Source: Macrostomum lignano (Eukaryota). Taken from it: DNA of 64,000 bases. Positions within the stretch are counted from its first letter, which is position 1. Each line of letters begins with the position of its first letter. A model generated the notes under the pieces. That model was given only the letters and a program-made list of their open reading frames with translations. It made no database searches and was not told the origin of the DNA. Location of the stretch: NCBI GenBank assembly GCA_002269645.1, contig NIVC01002532.1, forward strand, positions 11,195-75,194, written 5' to 3'. The translations under genes were made by a program, and so were the position numbers. Shown one piece after another: positions 59,521 through 64,000 of the stretch.

Positions 59521-62344
59521 ACTTTTTACTTTATATGAAAGGATAGTTGACTTCAAATTATTACTAAGATTCTAATAATGCAAAAATTTTGCTCGAATAA
59601 AAATTGGCTCAAGGTTGAAGATGAAAACGGATACCTTATTGGCCAGTGGGCATGGCAGAAAAATGAAACAACGGCTACATTGTTTCATTTCAGTATGTAC
59701 GAGTATGGTGCAAGTAAGACTTTTCTTTTCACGAACTTAAAAAGTTATTCAATCGCTGCCAAGCACAAGGACATTTGCTGCTCACTTTTAATATATTTAT
59801 TTTATTGTTAAGATAAAATGACAGATGGTGGAGAGTCAGAGATAGGAAAGGGGAGTCAGAGAGACAGATGAGGGAGTCAGATCGATACAGGAAGAGGAAG
59901 ATGGAGTTTTTGTTGTCTTATGCCTGCGTTTCCACAAAAATGATATTTTTCCCTGGTTCTAGCATGTACTATCTCCGTTCTACTTCTATTACTGCAATTT
60001 TAAAGGCATATATCCAACTGTCAAACATCAGCTAAACTGAAATTCCTCCATTCTGTCATCTTTTGGGGTCCTAGACACATTTATTATTACTATAGATGTT
60101 TCAAAATCTATGCAACTAAAACCAGCATGTAGTAGTTATGAGCCCAATATTTTTCAAGTAGCTAAATATACCAATCTGACTAAAAGTATTTACAAGGTTG
60201 CTATTGATCATTTTGCAAACTTTAATTGACTAAAATTTCAATCTCTAGTTCTCTACTAGATAAAAATTCTAGCTAATGGCTGATAGTTTTTTATTTCTTT
60301 CAGTTATTTTAGTTGCGCAGGCCAAACTTTTGAGTGGTAAAGTATTGCCACAGCAAGGATTGAACCTTAGTGCTAGAAAAAGAAGTGAAAACCATAAAAA
60401 ACAGGTTTTCTATATGTACATATACATGATGTAGTTAGTATGTTATTAAACTAGTAAACAATGATGCAAATTTTTGAGGTGCAAAAAAATGGCCCTTTGC
60501 TAATCACACCACTGGCCACTGTGTCATCCTGCCTTTGTTATTTGGGGTTCAGTGCCATTAGGACATTGTCACTAGGGCCTCTGCATTTGCTGTGACCCTA
60601 TTACCAGCCTACTGCCTATGCCTCAATGTGACAGGGGTCAACAAGTAGCAGGACTGGGTGCTAAGTCCCCTTGCTTGTATAGAGCATGGGACAATGCCAG
60701 CTGATCTGTCTCAAGACATAACAATAGATATTAAGTATTTTTACTAATAAGCTGTTTTTGCTGATGACATTGTTACTATAATGACCAAGCACCAAACTGG
60801 CTTGACTTATTGAATCAGCTATAAGGAAGTTTTAGGAGGGCATAACAGAAAAAATAGATGCCTATTCTGCTAATCCTTGAAAATTAAACTAAGTCAAGCT
60901 TAACTTTTATATAAATAAAATGATGTACATAGCTTGTTAGCTTATATATGCTTTTATGCAATATGCTTGATTTTCCAACCTTGTTTTTATAACTCAATCA
61001 TTGATAAAGGAAACTTTGGAAGAAACTGTTGATTTGATTTGATAATCCTAAAAAATACAAAGGATATATTTTAAGTTCATTAGGCCTAGTTCTGATTAAA
61101 TTTGTAATTATATACTTATATTTCCTTATTGACAAGAGTGCAAATATCTATTTTAACATGAAAATATTTGTTGGTTTTTTTACCATAGCTGTTTTGAAGA
61201 CTAGTTAAATAACAAAACACAGGGTTTTATTTTCAAAAAAACAATGTACCAATAGGAGTTTTAATGAAATTTTCAAAATGATTTTGCAAAAGCTATTTGT
61301 ATTTTATTGTTTGTTTTGACTTTTTAATGGGTTCTATACAGAGATCTATGCTATGGCCCAATAATTCAGAATACTTGTACAGTCTATCTGTTATTCAGAA
61401 CAATTTTTAAAGGCAATTTAAGAGATGTGTAGTAGCTCTTAGCCCCTTTTATGTCTTTTTAAAATTGCATTAACTATATAAAAGGTTAGCACCTAAATGC
61501 ATTTACACTAAAATCAGTTGAGACATCAACTTACATAGCTGATAATAAGTTGAATTATGTACAAGCTGTGTAAGCATAAAAATTTAGCCTCATTGGGTAG
61601 CGGAATGAACAAGATAATATAAATGCTACCAAAAAGAATCATCCTTAGGGCTAGGACAAACTGTTTCTGAGCAAACAGATTAAAGATAAAATATAGGTTG
61701 AAAAAAGTGAAAAAAATACCCCTATAAGCAATCAAATATAGAAAACTAACTTAACCTAATAGTATTTAACTGTATGCAACCATGCAAACCCATTATATGG
61801 AGTTTCACTATAGAAATCAGCTCCAAGTTTGTCTTATTTGCATGCATAAAGGAAATAGCATGAAGCCAATTGTTGAAACTGTACCTATAAGGATTTTGTT
61901 TTTTATGCCAAGCTGTGATCTTAATGATAAACAACTACTAGTTGTAGTGTGCACTAATGCAAAACTCTGCTATTTGACATTGAAGTAAAAAAATAGACAG
62001 AAAATGCTTTGCCTCAACAATTGTACTTTTCAAGCATAGAAATGACTATTTTAACATGCTTAACAACCATGTGCATCTCCATTGCCACATTATAGATACT
62101 TATTGCAAAGGCTTTGGATTATAAAAAGTCACTGCATATCCATGCAGGCAACTTTCATTTGACATCAAATATCCTTTGCCTAAAGCTCAACATGTAACAA
62201 CCTACATGCACTACTACTATATGCTTAGCAAAGATATGCTTTACAATTGCAAATATAACTCAAAAAAGAGAAAACCTTTTATTTCAGGTTGCCATGGACA
62301 ATAGGTATAGAAATCTATGTATCAAATTTCTTTATACTTTAGAC

Positions 62345-62410
62345 CAAGGGTTGGCAAACTCTGGCCTGCAGGCAGATCTGGCCACAATACCTTTAAGTCT
62401 GGCCTGCAAT
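62345..62410. mobile_element. hAT-like MITE end related to 26724
   Basis: CAAGGGTTGGCAAACTCTGGCCTGCAGGCAGATCTGGCC versus CAGGGGTTGGCAACCTCTGGCCCACAGGCCAGATCTGGCC. Confidence 0.6.
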
Positions 62411-63259
62411 ACTCTTACTATCTAACAATATAAAAGTGTCCGGCATATCAATTTTATGTTGAAGCATTCAACTTTACAAGTAAAATCAGCTTTCACCCTG
62501 TCATTCCTGTATCAGTTTTAACTATGGGGTTGTTGGCATGCTTTGGGTTGTGGGATTATTGGAATGGCTTGGTCAAGGGTTTGGTTAAGAGAGGAGAAAT
62601 GGCTTGTCCAAAAGAGCAGGTGTAGAGAAAGTTGGACATGAACAAAGTGCCAATGTACATTGGTGGATCACCCTTCTCTTCTTCACTCTAGCTCTAGCTG
62701 GCTTTATGTCCAAACTCTAGTCTAATCAAAAAGCCTCTCTACCTAGTCTAGCCAAATATTTTAAATCTAAATCAAACAAAGCAACCCCTTGCATTTTTTT
62801 CTTGCTTTCAATTCCTAATATACATCAGTTGCAGACTTGCAATATTATTAACTGATCTTTTTTGCTGCTATGAATTACTTGTACATCTTTGCTCAAATAT
62901 ATCTACCAGCCTTGCATTGTTTCATAGTAAGTCTTGTTCATATATAATGTTTGAAAGATCTTCTTACTTTTTAATGCTTGGAAAAAATTAAAATGATAAA
63001 ACTCAAATATATCATAGCAATGAATAGCAATACAATGTCTTTTTATTTGCTTACTCCAGTAAAACTATATTATTCCTGTTATTCGTAGACTATGGCTTCA
63101 GTGCCATAGCAAAAGTGTAAGGTGGATATGGAGCATTGAGCATTTAACCCAGCATGGACTCAGCAATAACTTTTTTGTTGAATGCAATGGGAAGATAATG
63201 TCTTATCTCTATGGCAACTGTTGCAGTCTTCAAAGAAGCAATGTACGCGCCACTAGGAG

Positions 63260-63426
63260 CATGCTTGGGCGCAACCTAAGGATTCACCCGGCCATTTCTA
63301 TTGGCAACACACGCATAAAAGTCGCTATTGGACGGAATAGTAGTCACGTGACTGCTCTCAACCAATAGCGACTTACATGTGTGTGTTGCCAATAGAAACG
63401 GCCGAGTGATTCCCAGGTTGCGCATG
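63260..63426. mobile_element. Palindromic MITE, copy 2 (opposite orientation to copy 1)
   Basis: Same TIRs and core (CTATTGG...GTCACGTGAC...CCAATAG) as 26002-26215. Confidence 0.85.
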
Positions 63427-64000
63427 TATGACTAGGAGTCTGTACATAGACATCCAAGTATGCAAGGATAGATGATGCTTCCCAACAGAGTGCCATCAGC
63501 AGGCTAACTATATAGCTCACCCAGCAGACTAGCAGCTTTGTCCATTAAAAGCTGTGGTAACTCTTGCAGAAAAAGCCACCTGCACAAGTTTTGAGGTATC
63601 TTTCCTCATTGCTAAAAAGATGAACCATTTACCAATGGAGACTTTATTAAGGACTGCTTACTAGCAACTGCCAATGTTATGTGCCCTGACTAGTGATCTG
63701 CTTTCTCCTCCATCAGCCTCGCCACTCGGACTAGCTCAAGAAGAATAGCAGAGATGTCTGCAGATATTTGTGCATCCTCTAAGACTAGTTGTGGGACGAT
63801 GGAGCCAGTAAGTGGCATAGAAAAAATGCGAGCGAAGCTGGTGGGGAGGGGGGTGGGGGGTGGGGGTGGGAGTGGGGGGTGGGGAAGCGGGGGGTGGTAT
63901 AGTGGGGGGCGGCGGTAGCCCCCCCCCCACTATACCACTAGACTAACTAATGCAGGGCGTGAGGGGCGGCCAGCCCCATATACACTAGACTAACTAATGC

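Noticed and set aside
58448-59575. 375-aa plus-strand ORF with 24-aa repeats
   Set aside because: Antisense to TMEM168 plus the 72-bp array; artefact.

Overview
This is eukaryotic (metazoan) genomic DNA with spliceosomal introns, GC-rich exons and many private minisatellites. That architecture suggests a free-living flatworm such as Macrostomum (inference, not proven). Ten intact or near-intact genes plus one interrupted paralog were reconstructed by hand, with splice phases checked. They are a head-to-head pair of type II membrane FkbM-family methyltransferases, glycogen debranching enzyme (AGL, 11 exons), TIMM50, a slicer-type Argonaute, an arrestin, a Ly6/Quiver-like GPI protein, a DM9-repeat protein, IDH3A, KIF6 and TMEM168. 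Mobile DNA includes a full-length decayed mariner upstream of the main Argonaute exons (probable first intron), two tRNA-derived SINEs, two copies of a palindromic MITE, hAT-like MITE ends and a foldback element. The notable signals are four. (1) A perfect gene-conversion tract joins the inverted methyltransferase paralogs, one of which is split by a 1.2-kb insertion with a 10-bp target duplication and an in-frame splice rescue. (2) Strong 3' splice acceptors lie just before the ATG of most genes in tightly packed co-oriented runs, suggesting SL trans-splicing and operons. (3) A tandem amplification of the last codons of Argonaute creates in-frame alternative terminal micro-exons. (4) Introns appear to have grown by amplifying their own internal sequence. 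Most long ORFs in the supplied track are artefacts of tandem repeats or GC-rich antisense frames.
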